DNA of 42,752 nucleotides from Octopus bimaculoides (Eukaryota). Shown piece after piece: positions 25,590 to 35,940 of this stretch. Positions within the stretch are counted from its first letter, which is position 1. Every line of letters starts with the position of its first letter. The position numbers and the translations under genes are program-made. The notes below the pieces were generated by a model. The model saw nothing but the letters and a program-made list of their open reading frames with translations, did not search any database and had not been told where the DNA came from. Location: the NCBI RefSeq assembly GCF_001194135.2, contig NC_068981.1, forward strand, positions 118,261,888 through 118,304,639, written 5' to 3'.

Positions 25590-27340
25590 AGAAATTCAAT
25601 GGAAACCAGGATTTTTCAAAGCACATTGACTCCTTCGTATGAAAATCCTGCAAGGAGAAAATGGAGTTTATCCAGGATGAAGCGTGTCTAGCAGAATATC
25701 CGAAGATTTATTGTTCTTGTATTACACAAAACGCATACTGAACCAATAAAGTGATAGATTTAAGATAGTGGAATAATATCGGAAAAGATTCGATTAGTGG
25801 ATACTGATAAAAAAATATATGACTGCCAATCGATAGCATCAAACTCATCTTGTGTCAAGCAAGATCTCAATAAGAATATATATATATTCCAGTTTTGTTG
25901 TTGGCAAAAACAAATCTAGTACAAGACATGAAAAAAGTGTCAGAATTTAATATATAAGATAAATACAAAACTTAACCTATTCGTCCACTATGATTGTGTT
26001 AGAAACAAGATTACACCTTGGTGAGCAGGGAAGAAAGTATTTTCAGGATGTACTCAGCAATAGCTAATAAACAAAAACTTGATGTCATACGTGAGGCAGC
26101 ATGGATAGAGCATAGTTACTATGTGGCTTGATTACAAGAATACATTCACTGCAGAAACCGTGAATGCTCCAGATAACATAATCAGTGACGTAGGCAATTT
26201 AGCTTCGGCCACCATCACCAACTTAAATACAAAAAGTTGTTATGGTGTCACTGGTAGTAGTAAGAAGCTCTCAAGAGAGTTTGAACAGTAGATCTTGAGA
26301 GAAGAACCCTCTTCAAAGAAATGTTTCGGCCCTCACTTTATAGGCTCTTAGGTAGCCAAGCTGCATCCATGTCATGACTCTTAAGTACCTGCTAACACTT
26401 TTTAGCCCCTTGGATATCAGAGACTTGTATTATAAGGGTATTTTTAAGACCGAGAAACACGAGGAACTGGAAACATACAACTAAGACATGACTAGTTTGT
26501 GAACGACCTAAATGTGTACACTAGAATTATGACTGGTGCGCGAAGAGGAGCTTTGGTATATTGTGGATAGGTCAAAGGATATCGAGATTGTACAGGCTAA
26601 AGAAATATTTGTGCATTCTTATTGTAATAGAGGAAAACTACAAGCCATTCAACTGACACTTTTATCAATGGCTTAGTATGAGTATTTCTCTGATATCTGA
26701 TGAGGATTGTTATTAACATATAAGGACAGATAAAAATATATCTTCTGACAGAAATTATAAGAGAAATGTAAGCAGGTAATAGAGCACTCAGAAAAAAAAT
26801 ATGTTCTTCAGATCGCTCTTCATATATATGGGTATTCCACAATGATTGCTCTACCTGTATTCTCACAAAATATATGTTAGATGAGTTCCAGGCTTTTGAT
26901 GTTAATCCATGAAAAATGTTAGATCACACTAAAAGTTTCCAATTTAACAGCAATAAAATCAATCTTTACCTGAAAGGAAAACAAGGAAACAAGATTTTAG
27001 AATCAGTTCAAACTGCCTTTTGAATGTAATGTCTTTCGAGGACTTCTACTAACCAAACGGCATCTAGCATAAATGTATGAGAAATAATGTCATCTAAGTT
27101 GAAAGAGTCCTTTTCGGAAAATATTCCCTGGCTGGTGATCAAGTATATACACTCAAGGAAAAGTAAACTAAGATATATGACCAATACATTAGTTCTGACT
27201 GAAGGGATGGCTTTTCAATCGTCACAGTAATAGCATTAAAATATCTAATCCTCAAATGAAATAGGAATATAGGTAAATCTATTAGCTGAAACAACCGATA
27301 CAAATTCCATTGAATTAACACTGAGGATATTACCTTCATT
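25590..27340 (+). mobile_element. Old, heavily decayed R4/Dong-like copy C (RT region; boundaries approximate)
   Basis: Peptide remnants colinear with the younger copy D: GKDSISGY (25781) vs GKDSIVGY; SGCTQQ*LINK...VTMWLDYK (26121) vs GCADQLLTNK...VSMWPGYK; NLNTKS vs KLNTKS; FVNDL (26496, decayed FxDD); DEDCY*HIRTDKNIS vs DEECYWYLGVDENIS; NLYLKGKQG vs RPYLNLKQG. Confidence 0.75.
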
Positions 27341-27364
27341 AAAAATATGTTCACAACATATTTA

Positions 27365-27465
27365 CATGCATACATACAAACATACATACATACATGCATG
27401 CATGCATACATACATACATACATACATACATACATACATACATACATACATACGTACATACATAC
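27365..27465 (+). repeat. (CATA)n tract between R4/Dong-like copies C and D
   Basis: Directly visible. Confidence 0.95.
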
Positions 27466-28216
27466 ACGAAACATTCGAAGGGACAAGTTGCGCATTTGGC
27501 GTGGGGAACTATTTACCGAAAATACGATGAATACTATCTCCAACTTTGGATCTACAACTATCAGCCTTGTTAAATAACTTGTTAATCTCCAGATGAATTA
27601 ACGAAGGGAGCCTTTTATTCACGATAGTGGTGATTTTCGATTGAAACTTGAATTTAGCATGAGGACAGTTACTACAAACAACATGGCTGGACACATCATC
27701 AGCAACAACATAATCAAGGAACAGAACGAAAACAACCGCTGAACAGGTAAAAAAAAGTCTTTCTAGCAGTAGTTATAGAAGAAACCGTAACTACAAAGCT
27801 CATTTCTCTAGGAGTTATGAATTGAATAACGATCTATTTAACTGCTACAAAAAAAGCGAAACAAAACCCCGCTGTTGGCTGCATGAATCGATTGAAATCA
27901 TATGGGGACGATCTGCATCCAGAATTAAATCATTTTACTGCGAAGCAAATACGCCAAGAAGCAACATTTGTAGAACATAGAAAGAAGGTTAGTAACTGTA
28001 ACTTTATTAAAAAATCGAAAATTAACCTTCTTCCCAACTCTATAAACAAAAACGAAAACGTGAATGATATAAGACCCCTACGTGGTTTCGCAGCTAGCGA
28101 CATTCAAACAGATTCCATAGTGCCTGCCAGCCAAACTACATTGCTGGCTCAAGTAACTGACCACTGTCCCCCTACTGCGATTATGGTAAATAGCAGGCAA
28201 AACCGCAACGATTATT

Positions 28217-28282
<66 letters not shown>
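28217..28282. repeat. (AGT)n microsatellite inside the copy D ORF, running into a gap
   Basis: Directly visible. Confidence 0.95.
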
Positions 28283-28475
28283 NNNNNNNNNNNNNNNNNN
28301 NNNNNNNNNNNNNNNNNNNNNNNNNNNNNNNNNNNNNNNNNNNNNNNNNNNNNNNNNNNNNNNNNNNNNNNNNNNNNNNNNNNNNNNNNNNNNNNNNNNN
28401 NNNNNNNNNNNNNNNNNNNNNNNNNNNNNNNNNNNNNNNNNNNNNAAAATAACAAAGAAAGTACCATCATGGGTT

Positions 28476-30000
28476 TTGAAGACAGAGAAAAACATAACTG
28501 GTTTACGGAAGACTATCAGTCATGTAATGATGATTATTGCGTGCAAACAAGTAAATTATTATAGGTACCACCAACAGAAATTAAAGAAGGAGATAGAAAT
28601 GGTGTTTGGAGACAGCAAAAAGAGGACACTCACTTGCAAACTGATTAGACTCAAGCAGGAGCTAAAAGCTGTCAGTGAAAAACTCCGACATCAGAAGAGA
28701 ATAACCGAGAAAAGAACAATAAACAGATAAATAGAAAAATCTAACCGGAACCAAGCAGCAGTATACAGAGACATGAGAGGAGAAACATTAAACATCACGG
28801 AAGCTCCTTCACGAAAAGACATAGACACCTCCTGGAAGAAAATCTGGAGTGAAGAGAAGGAATTTAACCAAGATGCTCTGCGGCTGGAAGAAGTCCGAAA
28901 AAGTTATTGCTCCTGCAAGACATACAACATTGTTGGTGAAACTCTTGCAACTGTGATCCAGAAACTCCAGGATGGAAAAGCACCTGGAAAAGACTCGATT
29001 GTTGGATATTAGTACAAGAAGCTAACATTCTACTGACCATATCTTATCAATGTGTACCAGCAACATTTTATTGGGAACAGTAGCATACCGAACTGGTTAG
29101 CTCTGGCAGAGACAAAATTGATCCTCAAATGCTGAACCACCCACATGGCAAAAAAAACTACCGGCCAATTGCATGCCAGAAGTTGATGTATAAGATATAT
29201 AAAGCATGTTTAAACCTTTTCCTCCAGGACCATTGTGAAACCAATAACATTATCACAGCAGATCAATCAGCTGTGAAGAAGGGAGTCTGGGGATGTGCCG
29301 ATCAGTTGTTAACCAACAAAACTGTGATCTCAGAGGTGCGAGAGCATAGGAAGAACCTAGTTTCAATGTGGCCAGGGTACAAGGAAGCCTTTGACTCTGT
29401 TCCCCACTCATGGATGCTAGAAGCCCTTCATCTTGCTAAAATTCCAGTGAGAATAATCAAAGCCACAGCTGACTTGCCTTCATCGTGGGTCACCATCTTG
29501 AAATTAAACACAAAGAGTGAATGTATTATCACCGATAGAATACAGTGTCGCAAAGGCATATTAAAAGGAGACAGCCTCTCTGTGATGTTGTTTATACTTT
29601 CTGTAATGCCCTTGACATTCATGTTAAGGAAGTCTGAAGGATATCTCATTGGTTCACCAGGAAAGAGAAATACCAAAATTACACACTGTTTCTTTATGCA
29701 AAGAATATGCATGAGATGAAAAAGGTCCTTGACCTAGTTACAGTATTCTCAAAGGATGTAGGATTGGAGTTTGGTCAGGATAAGTGTTGTTATATGGTTG
29801 TGAAAAGGGGGAAAACTATAAACCAGACTAGTAACATCTCCATCAATGATTTGACGGCTTCCCCTGTATCAGACGAGGAATGTTACTGGTATCTAGGGGT
29901 GGATGAAAATATATCTTACAATATCACCTGTTACAAAACACGTGTCACTAAAGAATATTACAGCCGAATAAAGAACATTTGAACCTCAGAACTCTCTGCA
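28476..30000 (+). pseudogene. Reverse transcriptase region of copy D (ORF fragments 28476-28730, 28773-29012, 29129-29719, 29707-29982)
   Basis: Consecutive ORF-track fragments carry non-LTR RT motifs in order. Confidence 0.9.
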
Positions 30001-30539
30001 TTCAATAAAGCAATGGCCTACAATGCGTTTGCAGTGCCAGTACTCTACCAACATTTAGATCCGAGCCATTGATCTGAAAACCCGAAAAATACTAACAAGC
30101 ACACATAATTTCCACATAAACAGGAACGTAGACCGCCCCTACCTAAACCTAAAACAAGGCAGAACACACTTATGTCAAAGTGCATCCCTTGACCACGTTT
30201 GCATGCATGAGGCTGATAACATCATAAGATTTTGAAGACAGCTCATTAAGCAACACTCTTTGTCTGATAACCTAGAATACATGCCCAAAGAAGTCGCACG
30301 AGTCTACCACAACGTATTATCAGATGAAAGGATGAGCCTATATGAGCAGAAGACTATACATGGATATGTTAGTAGAAAGCTCCGTAATGATAGTAATATA
30401 GATCATCAAAGCGGTTTATCATGAACGAATAGCTTGATTACTACTTCCCACTTTGAAGGGTATGCGTTTGCAATCCAGCTACAGGAAATATCAGCCAAGT
30501 ACCTGATGCTCAAAAGGAATAGAGATGCAAGTAAAGCCG

Positions 30540-31020
30540 TAAAGTGTGACAACCGATTCAAACTTTGTGGAGTTCACATTGAAGATATCACCCACAGCAT
30601 AAGCAGTTCTCCGAAAATGTCATCACGGTAAAACCTACGATATGGTAGAAGCGATAGCCACTCATAATAATAAGGAATACAGCTGGAATGTCCCATTGAA
30701 GACCTCAATAAAATGTAAGCACAACAGACCTGATACAATGATTTGTGATAGAGAAGTAGAGAAGAAAAACTGTGGAAACTGCCCAGCGGATGTTAACATA
30801 AAGCTGAAGATCAGTGAAAGAAAGAAAACCTATGCTTAACTATTGATAAATCTGCAGTTACTCTATCCAGATTACAAGTTCAGGTTTATACCTGTAATTA
30901 TTGGGGCCCTGGGATGTGTAACACACTGCCCAAATGCCAATGTTGAGAAATTAGGTTTCTCAAAACCAGAAAGGAGAAAGCTAATTCGAAGACTACAGAT
31001 CCAATCCATCACTGGATGGA
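30540..31020 (+). pseudogene. Zinc knuckle + restriction-like (PD-D/ExK) endonuclease of copy D
   Basis: KCDNRFKLCGVHIEDITH; WNVPLKTSIKCKHNRPDTMICDRE; CPADVNI; IPVIIGALG. Confidence 0.8.
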
Positions 31021-31217
31021 TATATATGAGCATGTCTAGATATGCAACTATATGGATGAGCATACATACGTAAAACATACAAATCTGCACATACATACAT
31101 ACATAAATACATACCCTGTTGTTGATGTTGAAATTCCAATGAAGGAGTCTTGGATCTAGGTTAGAAACTGGTTCTTTCTCTATTGGCAAGAAATCTTGAA
31201 ATCAACTGAATAATGAA

Positions 31218-31262
31218 ATACATACATACATACATACATACGTACATATATACATACATACA
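31218..31262 (+). repeat. (CATA)n 3' tail/flank of copy D
   Basis: Directly visible; begins at the position equivalent to the tail of copy A (after actgaataatga). Confidence 0.9.
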
Positions 31263-32420
31263 TGTATATATAACTAACTAGTTTATATAGTGGACATTCC
31301 AATGGACGACCTTATTTGCGAAGTAAAACAATCTCTTGCTCGACATATATATTAAATACATACGATGAGAAATATAAAATGCATTATCGATGACCTATTC
31401 ATCTAAGTAATAATGTCATGATTATTTATTTAGATATAAATCCTATTTAGTAATAAAACATCCTCACAATATTATCCAATGCTATTTCTTATAGAACACG
31501 ATACTGTACAAATTTCCAAAGTAGGTCTAATAAAGGAGCAATAATATTCATTCAACGTTACAATTTCATTCAGAGACGGAATGACTAAAGCGAGAGAGTT
31601 TCTTGTGTATACAGGGTATAATTTACATCTGAATATTTCCTGAACTTTATGTTTCTCCCATATTATATTTCATATATCTCAAATAATGACTGAAGAATTA
31701 TGTTAGATGCAAATGTTTGTTATGTACTGCTTTTCTGTTTAGCCTATTTGCATCTCATACGCATTTTATTGTACTTAACAGTTCTTGTAACAGCTCAGAC
31801 ATGATGCATTTAACTGCTCACTTGTTTGTAATAAGCTGTTCCGGTATATGAGAATAAATTTAAGACACCTTTCTGAAATGCAATAAATGGTCGTTATAAA
31901 CTAATTTGTATTCGTTGGTTATTTGAAGACTGTCCACCAAAAATATCCAAGAACATAGAACAAGCTGGCAACAAAATTTAAAGAGAATAATATGTTGAAA
32001 CCGCTAATATACATTACTATTATTCATAATAAAAAGTGGAGTAAAATTCCTTTTACACTGTAAATCATACATTTCTTACAAACACATATTGAACAGAAAG
32101 AAAATTCACGAACTTTATGCACACCACATGGCTAACATTCTCATTGCGTGTAGCAGCCACATAATCTCAATGTTTCACTGTTCTTCTCAAATGCCTACTT
32201 CAGAAATGTCAAATCCAACTACACCTTGCATATAGGTGGCAAGACATCACTATTTATTTCCCATTGTAAACACGAGACAAAGAAAATATATTAATGACTA
32301 AAAATTACTAAATACTACACGGGATGGTTTAGATCACTGGTGATCTAAACGAATAGGTACGCTGAGTAAGCGCTATAGTTGGTCGTTCATTAGGGTCTAA
32401 GTTCACAGCTGAGGCGGGAT

Positions 32421-32500
32421 CTAACCATTAAATTATTGTCCTAACCACTAAATTATTGTCCTAACCACTAAATTATTGTCCTAACCACTAAATTATTGTC
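32421..32500. repeat. Minisatellite, 4 x 20 bp (ctaaccactaaattattgtc)
   Basis: Four head-to-tail units; only the first has one mismatch. Confidence 0.97.
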
Positions 32501-33062
32501 TTCTGTGACCTTACCTAGAGTGGACCTCCACCCACACTTTGCTGGAACTTTAATGTTTGTCCTGTCACCCCGATAGAATAGTGACATATCGCTATCCTTT
32601 ATCCTTACCTTTACTGTTATTTTTGTTTTTATTTTTATTCTTATTTTACCTTTTTACCACTAACTATTTTATTCCTGGCTCCTCCCTCTCTTTCTCTCAT
32701 TCTCTTTCACGTTTCTCTTCTCTATCCCACATACACCCATTCACAAACCCATTTATGTCTATCTTACTTTCTTGCTCTATATACACATATACATACTTTC
32801 TATCGCTTCAATATGAATACGTTATTCAAAATACTGCCAAAAATACCGCCTGAATTTACCTGAGATTTTAACTAAGGACTTGTACCTTCGTAGAAGTACT
32901 GACCAACATTCATGCCCTGTGGAAAAAAGATAAGTTGTGAACATTATTCTCCCGTCTGTATTCTAACTACATTTACTCTTTATTCTTCTACCTATTCTTT
33001 TATTTTTCTACTTTATTTCTTGTGAATTGTGAAATTTCCCTGCCTAGAACTTTCAAACCTTA

Positions 33063-33136
33063 TCTCTGATGATAGAAAACCCAGTGCGTGAATATACTAA
33101 TTTACCACTTGGGTTATCCAAGAAACGGCCGTAAGA
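33063..33136 (+). ncRNA. Type I hammerhead ribozyme-like motif (Penelope-type, palindromic helix III)
   Basis: tct-CTGATGA(33066-72)-helix II tagaaaacccagtg/cacttgggttatcca-GAAA(33122-25)-CGGCC-GTA(33131-33)-aga. ACGGCCGT is a perfect palindrome; helix I is only 3 bp; helix II is imperfect. Confidence 0.6.
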
Positions 33137-35153
33137 CTTCGAATTCACCTTACCCTAATTGAATTGTTCTAAATGACTTGAGATAGTTGTTCTGCCTTGG
33201 TTTTTGCTTTCTCCCCTAATATGATATGAATAAAAATATAATAAATACACAAAAGAAAAGTAAACAACGTATAATGTATACGGAGTGCACGAAACGGACG
33301 GAAGACAGACATAGAAGGTCTATAATTCTTAATCAATTATCAACTATCGGTATTACTCAGATTCGCACCATTAATGATAAAACTGAGATGCTTCCCATGT
33401 TGGCGGTGTCCGCGAAATTTGTGGAGAATATAGGACCGAGAGCAAAAGATATATGGAAGACAAGCGATACAACAGTAGACATACAAAAATGAATAAATGT
33501 AATTGTAGACGATGGACGAAGGACAAAGACACAATGAATAAGAAACAAACAGAATACAGCCTCAGGGCCGAAAAAAAACACGAATGGTGGGTAACGCTGA
33601 AAGGGCAATCCTATAGGATTAGGAAGATTTGAAAAAGCAAGGCGTGTAACAGTGGGACATATTGAATTTAGGACCGATCAGCTACGCGACCGGTGTAAAG
33701 AAGGGAGAAAAAGAAAGAAAGGATGGCCACGGGTCACGTATCAGCAGCAGGTAGAGGAGAAAGAGGGCGAGTGAGAGAGCGACAGAAAGAAAAGAAAATG
33801 AGAACGAACGAAGGGCAAGACAAAGAGAAAGAACAAAGGCAACGTATACCATATACTGAATGCACAAAAGCATCTAGACATTCAAGAATAACGAGTTTGA
33901 TTAGGAAGTTTCATTGTTTTACCTAATAAAAATACACACGTGAGCGCGTGCTCGCGCACGCACACGCAGTTGTTTATTTTGTGGGGAAGAGATTTCCAGT
34001 GGTCACAGTCTTCTACTGGATCAATCGCTGGAAACTGTGCATGAGAAATGATTTAACGTAAGTTGGTGCCGAACAAATAATGCAAAGAAATTCGTTCAAA
34101 GAACGCCGGTTTGTTGGAATTTCATACGATCTTTCATCCTTTAGAAGACAATACTATAGATGCCATGGCGATTGTGCCAATTACAATTACCGAGAGCTCA
34201 TCCTGAATATAGTTTGGTTTCTTGACAGTGGAATTAATTAATTATTATTTACAAGAATTATAGCATCTTATTCTCACAGATCGTAGCTGATTGTTCTAAA
34301 TTATGACACTATAATTAATTAGCTTGATTTACTATTTAATTAATTATTGAATCACCCGTGTTATTGAAAGCAAAACCAAATATATGTCTGTAATGTAGGC
34401 CATCGACATGTATCAACAAATGTTGAAATAGAATCAAAGAGACCAATCAGGAAAAGTAAATAGATTAGAATGAAAATCATGCTAATCACTCAACAGGGGT
34501 TTAGCAACGATTTCAACCTAAGTGGTTCCCTAGGATAGCGACATAATTAAATTACAATAGAAATTAGTTCACTTCGCCGTTCCGTTTACTTAAAATCTCG
34601 CCATGAAATCGTTGAGTAAAATGAAGAAAACAACATGCAATTTTGACATTTACTGATAGTGTCTTACTAATATATACAAAGATTTGATTGAAATATGTTC
34701 TTAAGATATACTGCATCAATTTTATTTCATCGTTTTATTTATTTTATATGATACGAGATTAAACACCAGTCTGCGAAAATCCATATCTTCCAAAGATCTG
34801 AGACTTTAAAATGGTAACAAACATTCCCCTTTAAAATCTCATCCACTCAAATATTATATCTATACTTACATAAAAACATGCATACACTCTACCACATTCC
34901 CCCCTCATATATGAATATATATATATATATACATATATATANNNNNNNNNNNNNNNNNNNNNNNNNNNNNNNNNNNNNNNNNNNNNNNNNNNNNNNNNNN
35001 NNNNNNNNNNNNNNNNNNNNNNNNNNNNNNNNNNNNNNNNNNNNNNNNNNNNNNNNNNNNNNNNNNNNNNNNNNNNNNNNNNNNNNNNNNNNNNNNNNNN
35101 NNNNNNNNNNNNTATATATATATATATATATATGCATGCAAATAAGTATATAT

Positions 35154-35193
35154 CGAGAGTAATCTACTCTTAATCTGACATAATCTGTGTCTA
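35154..35193 (+). repeat. 40-bp direct repeat, left copy
   Basis: cgagagtaatctactcttaatctgacataatctgtgtcta; 39/40 identical to 38210-38249. Confidence 0.92.
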
Positions 35194-35661
35194 CAAATAG
35201 CTACGGTCTACTTGATGCATTCTAACCTCCTACACCTATCTTACATATCTTACAGCCGTTTCCGATCGGTTACCAAAATGGTGTCTCTAAATAAATGCGA
35301 GAATAAAGTTCATCATCTTGAAAGGGCATTCGAATTAAGACAACAGAGCTTCATCAGAGTAAAAAACAAGAGCATTCAATATGAACAAAGGGAAGAAGGA
35401 ATGGGAAAGAACACATGGCCTAGACAAAAAGTCTAGAAGCCCAATATGTTAAAAGCATATAAGTTACCATCTAGGGACAACGGGGTCCGTAGGTAAAAGA
35501 GTGAGCTAGTAATGGTCCAGGAAATACTATAATTTATTAACAGGTAGATGTAATTTGAAGGCGGGGACAGGATGTTTATAATAAGAAGTTATCAAGAAAA
35601 TGTATATATGGAAAATACTGACATGATTATCAAAGGGCGGTACCTAAACAATTACCGTGGG

Positions 35662-35940
35662 GTTCTATATTTAAGAGATGAGGAATTATGTACATTATTT
35701 ACATTATTTACATTTGAAGGATATTTGTCCTCATTTTGTTTTTTGTTAACACAACGTTTCGGCTGGTATACCCTCAAGCTTTTATGAGGTGTCTTGGGGA
35801 AATTTCGAATTTGAGAATCCAGGTTCTAAATTTCTTGAGGACACCTGATGAAGGCCGGAGGGTATACCAGCCGAAACGTTCTGTTAACAACAAACAGGAT
35901 GAGGATAAATATCCGTCAAATGTAAATAATGTAAATAATG
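35662..35940. mobile_element. Palindromic insertion (probable Penelope-like inverted pLTR pair)
   Basis: Arms 35693-35795 and 35838-35940 are reverse complements (6 mismatches over a 79-nt stretch, hand count); each arm carries a hammerhead-like motif. Confidence 0.75.
35840..35885 (+). ncRNA. Type I hammerhead ribozyme-like motif (inverted, decayed partner at 35748-35794 on -)
   Basis: gacac-CTGATGA(35845-51)-a-ggccgg/ccagcc-GAAA(35873-76)-CGTT-ctgtt. The partner arm reads gacac-ctcataa...ccagcc-GAAACGTT-gtgtt, giving helix I gacac/gtgtt in the consensus of the two arms. Confidence 0.65.

Larger units (their letters stand above)
27466..31217 (+). mobile_element. Near full-length R4/Dong-like non-LTR retrotransposon copy D (single ORF: RT + CCHC + REL endonuclease), inactivated
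   Basis: N-terminal MNRLKSYGDDLHPEL..FTAKQIRQ motif; RT KNYRPIAC, YKEAFDSVPHSW, GILKGDSLS..LF, LEFGQDKC, YLGV; decayed CCHC (CDNRFKLCG..IEDITHSISS); REL HNRPDTMICDR...CPADVNI..K; no apurinic endonuclease; many stops and frameshifts. Clade assignment rests on architecture and motifs, not on a tree. Confidence 0.88.

Noticed and set aside
26268-26301. 9-bp inverted repeat ctctcaaga/tcttgagag within a ~150-nt insertion in copy C
   Set aside because: Too short to distinguish from chance; no TSD or family identified.
27466-27680. Possible HDV-like ribozyme in the 5' UTR of the R4/Dong-like element, by analogy with R2
   Set aside because: I could not identify the nested double pseudoknot by eye; it needs a descriptor search.
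32421-32500. Four near-identical 20-bp units as a possible CRISPR-like array
   Set aside because: No spacers between units and a eukaryotic context; it is a simple minisatellite.
34000-34057. AG...GTAAGT-bounded 58-nt segment as a possible exon
   Set aside because: Short, unrecognisable peptide and a poor polypyrimidine tract; consistent with chance.
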